A stretch of DNA of 64,000 bases. It comes from Bugula neritina (Eukaryota; Animalia; Bryozoa). Made by a program: the position numbers and the translations under genes. The notes under the pieces were generated by a model. It was not told the DNA's origin, ran no database searches, and saw only the letters and a list, made by a program, of their open reading frames with translations. Shown here piece after piece: positions 1 through 17,901 of the stretch. The DNA is taken from assembly GCA_964035545.1 (NCBI GenBank), contig OZ037772.1, positions 7,114,889 through 7,178,888 on the forward strand, written 5' to 3'. Within the stretch, counting starts at the first letter, position 1. Each line of letters opens with the position of its first letter.

Positions 1-836
1 TTTCCTTTTGTGATATAGACTTTTAAAACACGAACATTTGTATAAATGTATGCATCCTTAAATTATTAGGCTTTAAAAAAAAATTAGGTCAACATTAACA
101 ATGTGTAATGAATTTAATGTTACTATCTTGCATATTTATATATATTCTCATTAGGTCTTTGAAATCCGTAATGGCTATATACAACTTCACACAAGTTTGG
201 CTTACTAAACAAAGTGATAAATAAAGTAATTTGTAATGGCATCTTTTGCACTTTTTAATAGATAACAATTGTTGTAATATTATGTTCTTAGAAGTTGGTT
301 AGTGTATTATATTTTGAAAATAAACAGGAACACCTAAACAAGGGAGTTATAGATGCTTCATATACATATAGGCTACTAGAATATATAATTAACAGGAATA
401 AATGCTTCATACATATACTAGAATACAAAATTTATTTGTGACAACTAAAAAACTATTGATTGTTAGCCAATAAACTGAACTGAAAGTTTTGTGGGTGAAA
501 ACAAAAGTATCTTCAGTGGACCCAAACAAACTTTTCTCAATAAACTTTTAGTCAGAAACTAATCCAGAAATGTAAAAATTCAAATCAAACATTTCACGTC
601 AAGAGATATTTGCATTTTTGCTAAATATTTTCAAATTAGACAGAAAGACATGTATAAATATTAAAATAACTATTTTTCACTAAATTAAAATTTTCTGCAA
701 CTAAAAATCTTTTCTTTGAACTGATCAAAGTTTACCATATAAAGTCTGAGCTTGAAACAAAGCTGAAAATGTAATTAAGTCTAAATGCATTCATATAAAC
801 CAAGTAAATTGTCTTTTCGAACTCATATTATTTCAG

Positions 837-3013
837 ATAAAAAGAATAACCAATGAGAGTCAAGAGCTGATTGACAGAGTTACAAACCACAAAGCTAAGG
901 TGACTAATCAGGTGGAAGATTTCTACAACAAGCTGATGCTGAAGAAAGATGGGTTGGAGAAGACACAAGCTGAGGTACATCGTCTGCTGAAAGATGGTCA
1001 TGTGACTGAGAAGATCAGACAGAAGAAGAGAGTAACAGAAGAGATGAACAGACATGATGCAGATAGACTAGATAACTGTGAACTTGTTGATCCGCCAACT
1101 GTAATTAATACAGGTTTGTGAAGTTTTTATTAGAAAATATCTTGGCTATAACAATCAGAAAACATCTGCCAGTTAGTTGGCTCTCTCAAAATGATGACTC
1201 ACCATATTTCATTATGGTACATTTTAAATAATAAAGTAGTATGTATCTCATATCACTACCTACATACAAGTATATGCTGTGAGCAGCAAGCACATTACAT
1301 ATGCTGAAAGATCATAATTATTTCTCAAAGAAGCTGCTAGAGACCTACAACTGTTAGTCATTACATTCCATGTGTAGCCTCTACTGCATGACAATAACTT
1401 TTACTTTAAATCATGTTGATAATTCACTTTGCAGTTTGTTTATTGAAGTTGAAAAATTACAGTATCAATAAATTATTATTTTTTCGTTGTATATGACGAG
1501 CAGCGTTTTAACTTAATATCTCCTGCCAAACCATTATATGCATTACTATATTATACGAAGGGCACACGCACACACACATTTAAACACATACATAAATACA
1601 TACTGCAGTACATACGCATATACCTGACATGCACATTATATGCATGTACACACATAGATTAGACATATGTATATAATCTTTAATAATTACAAGCATATAT
1701 AAGCAAAAATATACAACTTTTGTAGCAATTACATCAGATGATTATCTCATTTTCTTATTTATAGATTTATTCTAACCATCATAAAATCAGGAAACATTTT
1801 TGAAAAAATAAAATATACTTTCTAATAAAAATTGATTTCAAATAAACATATTAAGTGATTACCACTATATAGCATTTTACAGGTCAAATCACAAGTAAAC
1901 TGCTGAATGTTAGTCTAGTAACAGTTCCTTCTTCACTGACATTCATATCTGAACATGAGACAAATGGACAGTGTATGTCAGCTCATCACAGACAAGATGG
2001 TGACATACTCATAGGTACTCAGAATGGAGTACAGTTACTGAGTAGAGATGGTAACGAGCTGAGTGAATACAGTACAAGTGAGAAGAGAGTAACAGGAGTG
2101 ATTGAGACTCCTCAGAATGTCTTCATTCTACACAGAGAAGGTGACATATCTGAGATAGAGATGTGTTTAGCTGATGGCATCACAAATAGACAACAACTGT
2201 TTCAGTTTGATAGAACAAGTACTGATGCAGCAGTAATGACAGTCTCTGACAGATATGTTGTGGTGAATCTTCCAGATACTAGACAGCTGATCATCTATAA
2301 CTTCACCACTAAACAGACAGAGACTATTCATCCTGATGTGTATGCAGTTGGTCTACACTTTCTACCAGATGGTCATCTGCTAGGAGTTGGTGAATATAAA
2401 CTGATAAAGTATAAAGTAGGGAATGGAATGCTGACTACAGTCTGGACATGTGATGGTGTAACCGAAGGATACAGTGTCTGTGCAGATTCTAATGGTCTCA
2501 TCTATGTTTCTGGACAAAGCTTGAAGTCGCTTTACATCATTTCTCCATCAGGTACGGTTGCTTAAGCATGTGTATATTGTGAGTAAAAAACTCCAAATAT
2601 ATTTTTAGAGTTCATCAGAGGTGTTAGAAATGTCTAAAAATATTAGAAAAACAAATATTGAAAGTCTTTGAAATACTGTTTTTTGCTGCATCAAATTACT
2701 GTCTCCATAATATAGTCACATTGCTGGAATCTAATTTTGAGTATCCCCACATTTTTTCACCTAATTTACAAACCTTGTCTATAAATTATGAAGTAAATTG
2801 AGTGCATTTTGATAATTTTTTCTAAACCTTTTAGCTTACGTTATTCCCAATGCAGTGTATATTTTTAAATATTACACAGGTGTTCTTCTCAAGACACTGA
2901 CTCATGATAAGTTACCATCTCTATTTGCTGGAGTACCGAGTATCAGAGATGGAATACTGGCTGTACCTGGTTGGGGAGACGAGAAGTTATATCTTTTTAA
3001 AATAGAAACCTAA
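837..3013 (+). CDS. TRIM-like E3 ligase paralogue 1, 3' part only (coiled-coil exon 837-1113, beta-propeller exon 1883-2551, last exon 2880-3013)
   Basis: GT-AG junctions join in frame (phases 0/1/1) and end in TAA at 3011-3013. The 277-nt coiled-coil exon has the same size as in copies 2 and 3, and the protein is clearly paralogous. RING/B-box exons presumably lie upstream of the window. Confidence 0.88.
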
Positions 3014-4872
3014 GTAATGTGCTAAGCCTATGTTGGACTTGATTGTTAATATATGTTCTACATTTTACATTCTGATTCTATTGCTAAACACTTAGATTTA
3101 ATGGGATAATATTTTGTTCCTATATAACTATAATATATTCTAAATGAATTGACTTTTCGCAAGTCCGACAACACTTTTTTAAACAAGCCATATAATGAAT
3201 GTGATGTCATAAACTTACCAGCAGCCACAGAAACTATTTTCAGTATGATTCTTACCCATAGTACAAATCCTGATAAACCCATATTCAATACTATCTATAG
3301 GTAAGTGTGTTTGTTAGATTGCTTTAAATTATATTCAGGTTGAGTTTAATCAGAGTCGGTTACCAGAATAATTATTACTTTAATATATAATTTTTGCATA
3401 TATATTATGTTATATAACTATATTTACTAATTTTTGGAAGTTGCTTGTTTAGCATAACATCCAAGCATGTACTCATAAACTATTATTATATTAATAATAA
3501 AAAATTCATGTTATTATACTATATAACAGTATATTTGTTATAGTTATTTACTTTTCAACTGAAGTCAAAGCTTTTTCACAAAAAGCTGTTTTAACACTCA
3601 ATGAAATTTAAAAAGGAATAAAACACAAAAGTTTAAAGCTAGTTATGTGGCCATTAATTGTTTTCACTGAGCTAGCTAAAATTATAATATGTGTGTTTGC
3701 AAATAGTTCTCGTCTTAACTTATATAATGCTTGCAACTGTTTATTGCTGCATTCAAATGTTTTTTTTATGTAAATTTATAAAAGAAATTTATAAAATATT
3801 GTAGCTTATCTATACACACTGTTTTAACATCCAATACTAACCGTTTCACAATCTATAATAATATATGCGATTGCGCATACAACCAAATTCTTAAATAATG
3901 AATATATAATGATCAGCAAGACTCGCATAGAAGTTTTTAAGACAATAATCGAGCAGAAAAAAGTGGTCAGTTACTATGATATAGAGTGAAAAATTGTGAT
4001 GCTTTTTATAACATATTGCACAATAAAAAACACTCAGTAATTATCATTATGCTATATAAACTTTTTTTATAACTTCCTATATCTCAATAACTGTATAATT
4101 ATAACATGAGAGCATAACTGCTATAATTTTGGAGGTTATATATCACTAACAACATTCAAACTAGTTGACCTAAATTCAATAGTGCTATAGGATTTTATTA
4201 ATACAATACCTAGACAATTCTTATAACACATTGTGAGACGTTATTGTTGATTAGGTCTTTTTTCACACAGTCTATACCAAGTTTAAATAAATTTTTATGG
4301 AAAAAGACCGGTGTACAGTATGTGTATACATGATAATTTTAAACTATTCTTAAAGTGATGAACATTAAGCAAATAATAAAATATAACAAAATTGTTAAAA
4401 CATGATGTTCTATATTTACCACCACATGCTTATTTGATATACAATTTTATTATTGATTCCAGCTATTGGCTATATTGGTTATATTGGCTATAAAAGCCTA
4501 TTTTTTTAACGTTCAAGTACAATAGTGACTGTTTCAATGCTCTTGCTTTTGGTATAGAAAGCTAGTCCCATACATTTATAACAGTAGCATAATTTATGTT
4601 GGTTGGAAATATGTAGCCATTATAGCTAGCTATTTTATCCAAATGTGTAGCATATGGTTAATCTAGAAAATTCATCTTCTGATTTATGTTGTTTTTACAA
4701 AATACATTGCTGTTTTTTATTTAAAGTTTGAAAAATTTTATAAGTAGACTTTATTTTATTTAGCTCTGGTTAAAGTACACTTTGAAATTTTCAATTCTTT
4801 AAAATTAAAGAGACTGTGACAATATTAGGGACCAAGGTGTTGCACATCAAGAAAGATTATAGAAAAAACAAA

Positions 4873-8126
<3,254 letters not shown>

Positions 8127-8903
8127 CTTTTGCACCAGAAAAAAAAATATTGTCATTTAGTTTTGTACAAGGAGTTTAATATTTTAATGACTAATTTTAT
8201 AGTTTTTTTATTTTACAGTTGCTAGATTTAGTTGGGTATAAATAGGTTCTATAACGTGCCTTACAGCGTACTTAATTGCTGAAATTGAAAGTTTTTATAT
8301 AACTTACTTTGTAACAGCAATTTTTAACTTGGCTATATTTTAATTTAATTGTTTTCTAATTTTATTATTGGCTGAACATTTAGTCTCACTAATTTGAGTA
8401 GCAAAGTTTATATACAAACCTAACGCTTTATCTGCTAAACTACTAAACAATAGGCATGAGGATGTATAGCAAAAGTTATTTTTATTGTTTTATTTATTAT
8501 ATTTTGATTTCAATTTATATAAACCCTACTAAAAGATAAAAAGCTATTAAATTTAAAATATTGCCTGTTTAATTATCTGTTACCGCGAGTCATAAATTTA
8601 CAGAAACGTAGGTTCATATGATCCTGTTTCTGCCATCAAAGCAATTTGAAAAAAAAAAACATGATGGAACATTGTTCTAAAAATGGTACACTCCAAACTG
8701 AAAGCTAATATAACTTTGGAGGCAGTTTTAAATTATGCTTTTATTTATTTAGATTTATTCCGTTTTATTGTTCACAGTAACTGTTTTTATTTTTGTCAAG
8801 ATACACTCAAAACATACACAAATTATAAGATTATAATATATTTATATCAACAGCAAATACTTGATAACATTATAGGAGCATATGACAGAGCATTACTATG
8901 AGT

Positions 8904-10616
<1,713 letters not shown>

Positions 10617-12370
10617 CTCTATGTGTGAATATCAAAACTAGAAAACATAAAAAAGTATATTCCTATTACCAAATGTGTTAATATGTGATCTAATAAATAT
10701 TGTAATATATTAGTTGTTGATTAAATAATCAAGCAGACAAGTTATAAAATATGTCACCATTTACAATATAGTTTGCCAGCAATAAATTCTGAAAATCACA
10801 ATACAAGTTTTACTTGTAAACCGTAAAAACTTCGTTTAGGTGTGTGATAAATAATTTTGATTGTTATCTATAGATGTGCTATTTCTGCTTTAGGTACTAG
10901 ATATTATAATTCTGGGTATCCAAAATGCTAAACTTTCGGAGTTTTTACAAAAATACAATAACTCCATTACTATAATTTGTCATATCATGTCTAAATAGAT
11001 AAACTCACATTATGAGCAAGTGTCAACTTCCAATTTTAACTGCGTTGGTTGCTAAGATTCTTATTTGCAGCAAATACTCTAATTCCTAAAGACACAATAA
11101 TATATTTGCAATGCTCTGAAATATAATTATTTATGGCAGAAAGCATCTATAGTATATAATTTACTCATCTCTTTAGAATTGAAATAATTTCAACATATTA
11201 GAGCTTATGATTTCTAAAATTTTAATGTATAGGATATTTTTCTTTTAGTTTAATATAATTTACTGTTTACATAAACCAGTTTAATTAAAATAATGTGTGT
11301 TTCAGCTTGACTGCATTACGAATTATAGCATTAAAGCATTAAATATTTATATCTTTTACCAACAAGCTACCACTTTATATATTCCTAAGCTTCAACCTTG
11401 GATAAAATATTATATGACCTTAAAAATATCCTGCTTTAACTTTACATTTTATATAAAGAGCTACATTGCTTGAACTTCAAGTACAATCTAACTATACTTT
11501 CATTTCCTACTTGTCAACCTCACATTTATACCTTTATAATGATGACAAATTAATTCAAGTACTTGCACTCCCTATTCCGTAACTTCTCATTTGAAATAAA
11601 TACTTACAAAGGTTGTGCCTGCTATTCCACTAGAAGCTCCAAGGAAACTTAAATGTAGGCATCAGTTAATACGTCTTCTCAGGTATAAGCTAATAGCTGC
11701 AGCTGAATAGAGATGCTCATTTATGTTAATTAGTGTAATCAGCACAGGTAGACTGCTGAGTGCTACCTACTAATTAGTGCAACGTAATCATTATGTAAGA
11801 CAATTAGGCATTCTATTTATAATAGACTAAGTATGTCTATACTGCCCTTTTAGTTTAGGTAGAGATGCAACTTGCATCTTATATGTTGAAGAAAGTTGAT
11901 TTTTCTTTTTACTTGAGAGTTATGTTCACAATAATCTAAAAATTATTGCCTATTTTTTGATCTTTATGTATAATAAAGAGTATTTGAGAGGTCATGAGGG
12001 TTGAAGACATCAAAGTGTTGGTACTATACAACCATGAACATATTTATTAGTTGAAAGGATTCATAGATGACAACTCTTTATCTTATTTAAGATTGTTATT
12101 CAACACCCTTACAAGTTATACCAGAAATTTTTTTTAGTAAATATTCAAACATTTTGCCACATGTGCATCCTGCCAAAACAACCTGGTGTAATGCAAAGGT
12201 TTACCACTACATGTTATTTCTAGTTCTGGGGGTATAGAACCTGATGGTTTGCCATTTTGCCAGTCTTCAAATTTTTTTGAAGAAATACAGAAACATGATA
12301 AAACTCCCAATTGTTCCTTTTTAAAATTATAACATGCAATGTTGAGAGAAGCACTCACTAACCAAACAAG

Positions 12371-12495
<125 letters not shown>

Positions 12496-12661
12496 CAGTG
12501 TCCTCCTCAAAGGACATATATATATATAATATAGATTATCAACAGAAACCCTTTGTAAGCATTAAAAACCAACTGTCCCTCTCAAGGGACAGTTGGGGAG
12601 TTGTTTCCTTTCGGTTTTGTCTTTTTACCCTTCTTCATCAAAGAGCTACAACAACTTCAAA

Positions 12662-15600
12662 ATGGCTTCCCAAAGAGATAGAGCATGTGTTTCAACCTCT
12701 GCAGGTAAAATATATTTTTTTATCCCATAGGTCAGGTTATCAAAATTTTTAATCATCTATTCTTGTTTACAACATGTTTCTACACATTTAAATTTTAGAA
12801 TATGCCAGATATCATATTTTCCTTTGGTTTTATTGACAAATTTTTTTCATGTCCCCTGAGCAGGACATGGGGATCTGATAGCTATAATTTGAGTAAGAAG
12901 TGTAGTGTTTTGAATGTTTACAGCATGCAATAGAGTTGTTTGTTATTACTGCATGAATCAGACAATGATTGACAACTGTATGATGTCATGTCCTGTGTAT
13001 ATATATGATGAAGATTTACAAATAAAGAAGTAGTTTTTAGTCCTCAACCGAGTGTAGTCTCTACAGCATAAATATAGTAACTTCAACTTAACGCAACATA
13101 AAAAGAAGTACAATAGAGGCTTTTCACAAGCCCTTTGGGGACATTCGTATTTTGAAGTTGTCTCCTCCCAGAAGGGCGAAGTGTAGTCTCCATGATTTAT
13201 AGAACAAGCACATAAAATCAGTAAAAATTTAAGGTTTGTGTGAAGACTATTGCTAGTACGAGTTTCATTTTTTCTGAGATTATTATTTTGTCATAAGCAC
13301 ACAGGTTAGCAGTTCCAGAAAATTTTTAAAAATTTTCTTTCTTCAAAAATCTTGAGAAAAATTAACTTCAAAGCATGTTTGTGGTTTTGGTTACTGCATG
13401 AGCAAGCTGAATTGGCAACTATGAGATAAGTCCCATTAATCAGTTGTTATGCTGGCTGTCATATTCAATTTATAGCTGTTGACCTTTCAACTCTTTGGTC
13501 AGAATGTGCTGTTAACACAGTGTTAGAGCACTGCTACTCTGCTAGTGCACTGAATGAGACAGCAGATTAGCTGTGTTATCATTTTCATTACACTTACACA
13601 CTTATGCTATGATAATAGCTAGACTATAACCTCAACATCCATCATTTTCACAAAAAGCATTTTTACAAAGCTATAGATATATATTAAATATAGACAGATT
13701 AAATTTGTAGTATCAAAATGATGCGTGATAGCATGTGCACTTAATTACACTTTGAAGAGTTTGTGCTACATTATGTTCAAAGGACCGTAAATGCTTTACA
13801 TAGTTTCATGTTATGGCTAAAACTTATTTAAAAGAAAAATATTACCAAGAAAAGCAAAGCTCAGTTCATGCAAAAATTTATTAAAAATACTTTATATTTA
13901 GGCAGGCATCTTTTCATTCAGTATCGATCCATCTTGAAATATTTTGTCTGCTCTAAATCTTCATTGCATATTTTACAACAGGTCTAATAGTTTTATTTAA
14001 AAGATTTAATTGAAATGTTATACTTGATTTTAACTTACATATCCCTGCGCATGCCTATTTTAAGATAATACCTGTAATATTCTAATTGGTGCTGTCGTGA
14101 CTTATAGCCACACTCTAAAATTTTATGTCATTCAAATATGAGTCTCAAATTTAAGATAGGCTTTATATTTTATAACATTTTGTGACCCATGGGATCAGCC
14201 AAGCTAGTTGCATGATTGCAGTTGAGTGTCAATAACACTAGCTCATGATATTTGAAGCATGAGAAGTTGAGGAGCTATAACATTAAACAGTTTAACTGAA
14301 AACCCAAGCAAAATGTTAATAACCCAATTTTATCAACATGCTTTCACTGCTTCACTTGTAAGAATCTGCTTAATACTTTTCAACCAGAATTTCCTTCTAA
14401 AGTAATTGTCAGAGAATTCAGTTTATGCTGCAATTTGATGAGTTGGGAAACTTGGGCTTTCAGGTGCAGTAGTGATTAGCTTAGTTTACCTATTTTATAT
14501 TGTATATCCATTTTATTATATAACTATACTTTAACCTACCATACATTAACTAGGATCTTGAATCTACCGCAGTTGACAGAGATGACTATACTACACACAA
14601 GGTAGATGCAGTACTAATGGAGAAATTGAGAAAAGCCTTTTTTCTAGATTAGAAATGTAGCAAAAAAGTTGTGTTATACGCAACACCAACATTCGTAAAG
14701 AAAGTTAAACAACTTAGGCTATCTCAATTTCTTCACTACTGCATGCTCCTAAATGCTACAAGCCACAGGCATAATTAAGAAATAACAAAGCTGTAACCCA
14801 AGGGCCTGAATGCCAACTGCTAAAAGGCTATCTCGGTTTCTGATTAAATTATCTAGATATATATTTATTTGAGCACAATTGTTACAATTGCAATAGATGC
14901 ATTTAACCTGTATTAGAAAATTAACCGACATGTATCAAAGCACATTTCATATTCGTTCTATACTACCAATTTAATCTGTCTATTTAATATATATCTATAG
15001 CTTTGTGAAAATGCTTTTTGTGAAAATGATGGATGTTGAGGTTATAGTCTAGCTATTCTCATAGCATAAGTGTAATGAAAATGATAACACAGCTAATCTG
15101 CTGTCTCATTCAGTGCACTAGCAGAGTAGCAGTGCTCTAACACTGTGTTAACAGCACATTCTGACCAAAGAGTTGAAAGGTCAACAGCTATAAATTAAAT
15201 ATGACAGCCAGCATAACAAATGATTAATGGGACTTATCTCATAGTTGCCAATTCAACTTGCTCATGCAGTAACCAAAACCACAAACATGCTTTGAAGTTA
15301 ATTTTTCTCAAGATTTTTGAAGAAAGAAAATTTTTAAAAATTTTCTAGAACTGCTAACCTGTGTGCTTATGCCAAAATATTAATCTCAGAAAAAATGAAA
15401 CTGGTACTAGCAATAGTCTTCCCACAAACCTTAAATTTCTACTGATTTTATGTGCTTGTTCTATAAATCATGGAGACTACACTTCGCCCTTCTGGGAGGA
15501 GACAACTTCAAAATACGAATGTCCCCAGAGGGCTTGTGAAAAGCCCCTACTGAGTTCAGTGTATGTAAAGGCATGTAATAGTTTAGTATATCTTGTCTTT

Positions 15601-17451
15601 GTTCTTTTTTAATATTTTACTTCTAAGTAATGTTTCAAACATCAATTTTAGTTATTTTTCTCTTGTCTGATCATTTAAATACTTGAATATCATATGTTTT
15701 GACTTTGTTTTTAGGATCATCAAACCATAGGACCTCAAAGAATCTCTCAGCAAATGATGCTATTCATATGTTGGACATGCTTGACAATTCTGACATAGAT
15801 TTTTGCTCAGATGACAGTGATGATGACAGTGATTTTGAACCTACCTGCTCTGACACTCAATATGGTGACTTCGATGAATATGAAGAATTTCAACCACCAC
15901 CCACCAAGAGATCCAAAAAAGCATCAAAAAAAGTTTACCCCTTTAAGAAAAGCGCTCATTTTACCAGTAAATTTGAGCAAGCAACACAGCCTTTACCAAC
16001 TCCAACAGATAACAGTGCAGTAGAAAAACTTAGGAAATATTTCACTGATGACATTTTTTCTTTGATGGCTGACCTAACAAATCGCTATTATGCTCAAAAC
16101 ACTGGGAAGTCTCTCGGAATTACCCCTGCTGAAATTGCAGTTTTTTTTGGTATTTGTTTGTTAATGGGCTGCATCAACATGAAACAGATAAAGATGTATT
16201 GGGCAAGAAAGACTAACATCCCAATAATTGCTAATGCTATGCGAAGGGATCGATTTTTCAAAATTAGAAGCAACTTAAAAGTGGTAGACAACAACCCTGT
16301 AACAGCAGAAATGAAAACATCAGACAGGTTGTGGAAAGTAACACCCTTTGTTAAACATATCCATGAGGTCTGCAGTAATGAATTACCAAGAGAAAGAAAC
16401 ATGAGTATAGATGAGCAGATGATCTCATTTACTCGTAGATGCCCTACAAGACAATATGTATCACGAAAACCATACCCAACGGGTTGAAAAAACTTTGTTC
16501 TTGCAGGCTGTAATAGCGTAGTATACGACTTTGAAATTTACTAAGGAGAAAGGAAATTTCAAGACTTTAAGTTGAAAGATGGATCAGGAGGACAAGGAGT
16601 GGGAGCTGTACTGCGATTAACCAATGATTCAGGACCAGGACCAGGGAAACATGTGTTCTGTGATCGATTTTGTACAACCATCCCATTGATTGAACACCTT
16701 GCACAGACAAACATTTCGCTAACAGGAACTATAGGCTTCATGTATGTACCTGTGCAATTTTCATCAGACAAGCAGATGAAGGCTAAAGGAAAAGGATCTA
16801 TAGAGCAGTTTATAACAAAAACAATGATGATAAACCGATCAGCATATAGTGAAAATTTGACACCAAAGGGCTTTAATGGAATCGTCATTGCTTGGATTAA
16901 AACCTGTAGAGGACTGTCAAAGATGGTGCAAGCATAAAAAAGAATACATTACCATCCCAAGACCGGCAGTTGTTAGTAGATACAATGCATCAATGGGTGG
17001 CGTGGATCTCTGTGACCAAGCTATTTCATACCATAGACTGGCTGCAAGGTGCAAGCGATGGCCAGTTCGAGTCATTATGCATTTTCTGGATTTGGCTGTA
17101 AACAACTGCTGGCTATTACATAGAGCTGCCGACCCAGAAAACAAGTCTGTGCAGCTGTTTGACTACATGTTTCTAATGGGGGAGCAACTGCTTGCTACAG
17201 CTAGAGATAGTACTTGCAGTGACACAAATGATGGTGAGACAAGGAGACGTAGAGTACCAGTGTCGCTACCAGTCAATTGCAGCAGAAGTAGAGCAGCTAA
17301 ACACCTGCCAGAATTTATGAAGCTTACGAACAATGCTCGCTGCAAGAGAGAAGGCTGCTCATACAAAACGAGTGTGCGCTGCACAAAATGCAATGTCTTC
17401 TTGTGCATTAATGCAAATAGAAACTGTTTTCTCTTGTTTAACAAAAAGTAA
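12662..17451 (+). pseudogene. piggyBac (PGBD-like) transposase, frameshifted; putative exon 1 12662-12704, exon 2 15715-17451
   Basis: Acidic N-terminus, SIDEQM / FCDRF / MGGVDLCDQ DDD motifs and a C-terminal Cys-rich domain (RCKREGC...CTKCNVFLC...RNCF). Breaks in frame occur near 16487, 16542 and ~16870. Confidence 0.92.
13111..15552. mobile_element. Foldback-like non-coding element with ~600-bp terminal inverted repeats (13111-13712 / 14961-15552)
   Basis: The two arms are near-identical reverse complements starting CAATAGAGGCTTTTCACAAGCCC / CAGTAGGGGCTTTTCACAAGCCC, with a ~1.25-kb spacer lacking a convincing ORF. No clean TSD was found. Confidence 0.7.
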
Positions 17452-17901
17452 TCTAAAGGACTTATTTTGAATTAAAGATGATATTGTACTAGCTCAAATA
17501 TATTTCACTGTTTTCTAGTTTTCTAGTGTCAGCGTCCCACACAGGGGACACCCTATTACAGCAATAGTAAAAAAAATTCATGAAAAGTTATGGTTTTGTG
17601 TTAGTTTGCATGAAAAAGTAATAGAAAATTGGTTGTCACTGCTATTTTCTCACTGAAACTCTCTCTGGGTCTCAAAGGGATATACATGTTTTAGGACAGC
17701 AAGAGAACAACAATTTATATCATTTATTACACAATTTGAAACAAAATTGTGTGATAAATTGTGTGGTATTTTCGTATTAAATAAGTAATATAATATATCA
17801 GCTAGTTTCAAGCAAATGCAACTAATGTAAAAGGAGTAATTGGAGATGAAGTTCAATAAATTTACTAAACATATTTGGTTATGCAGGCATCCATATTCCT
17901 T

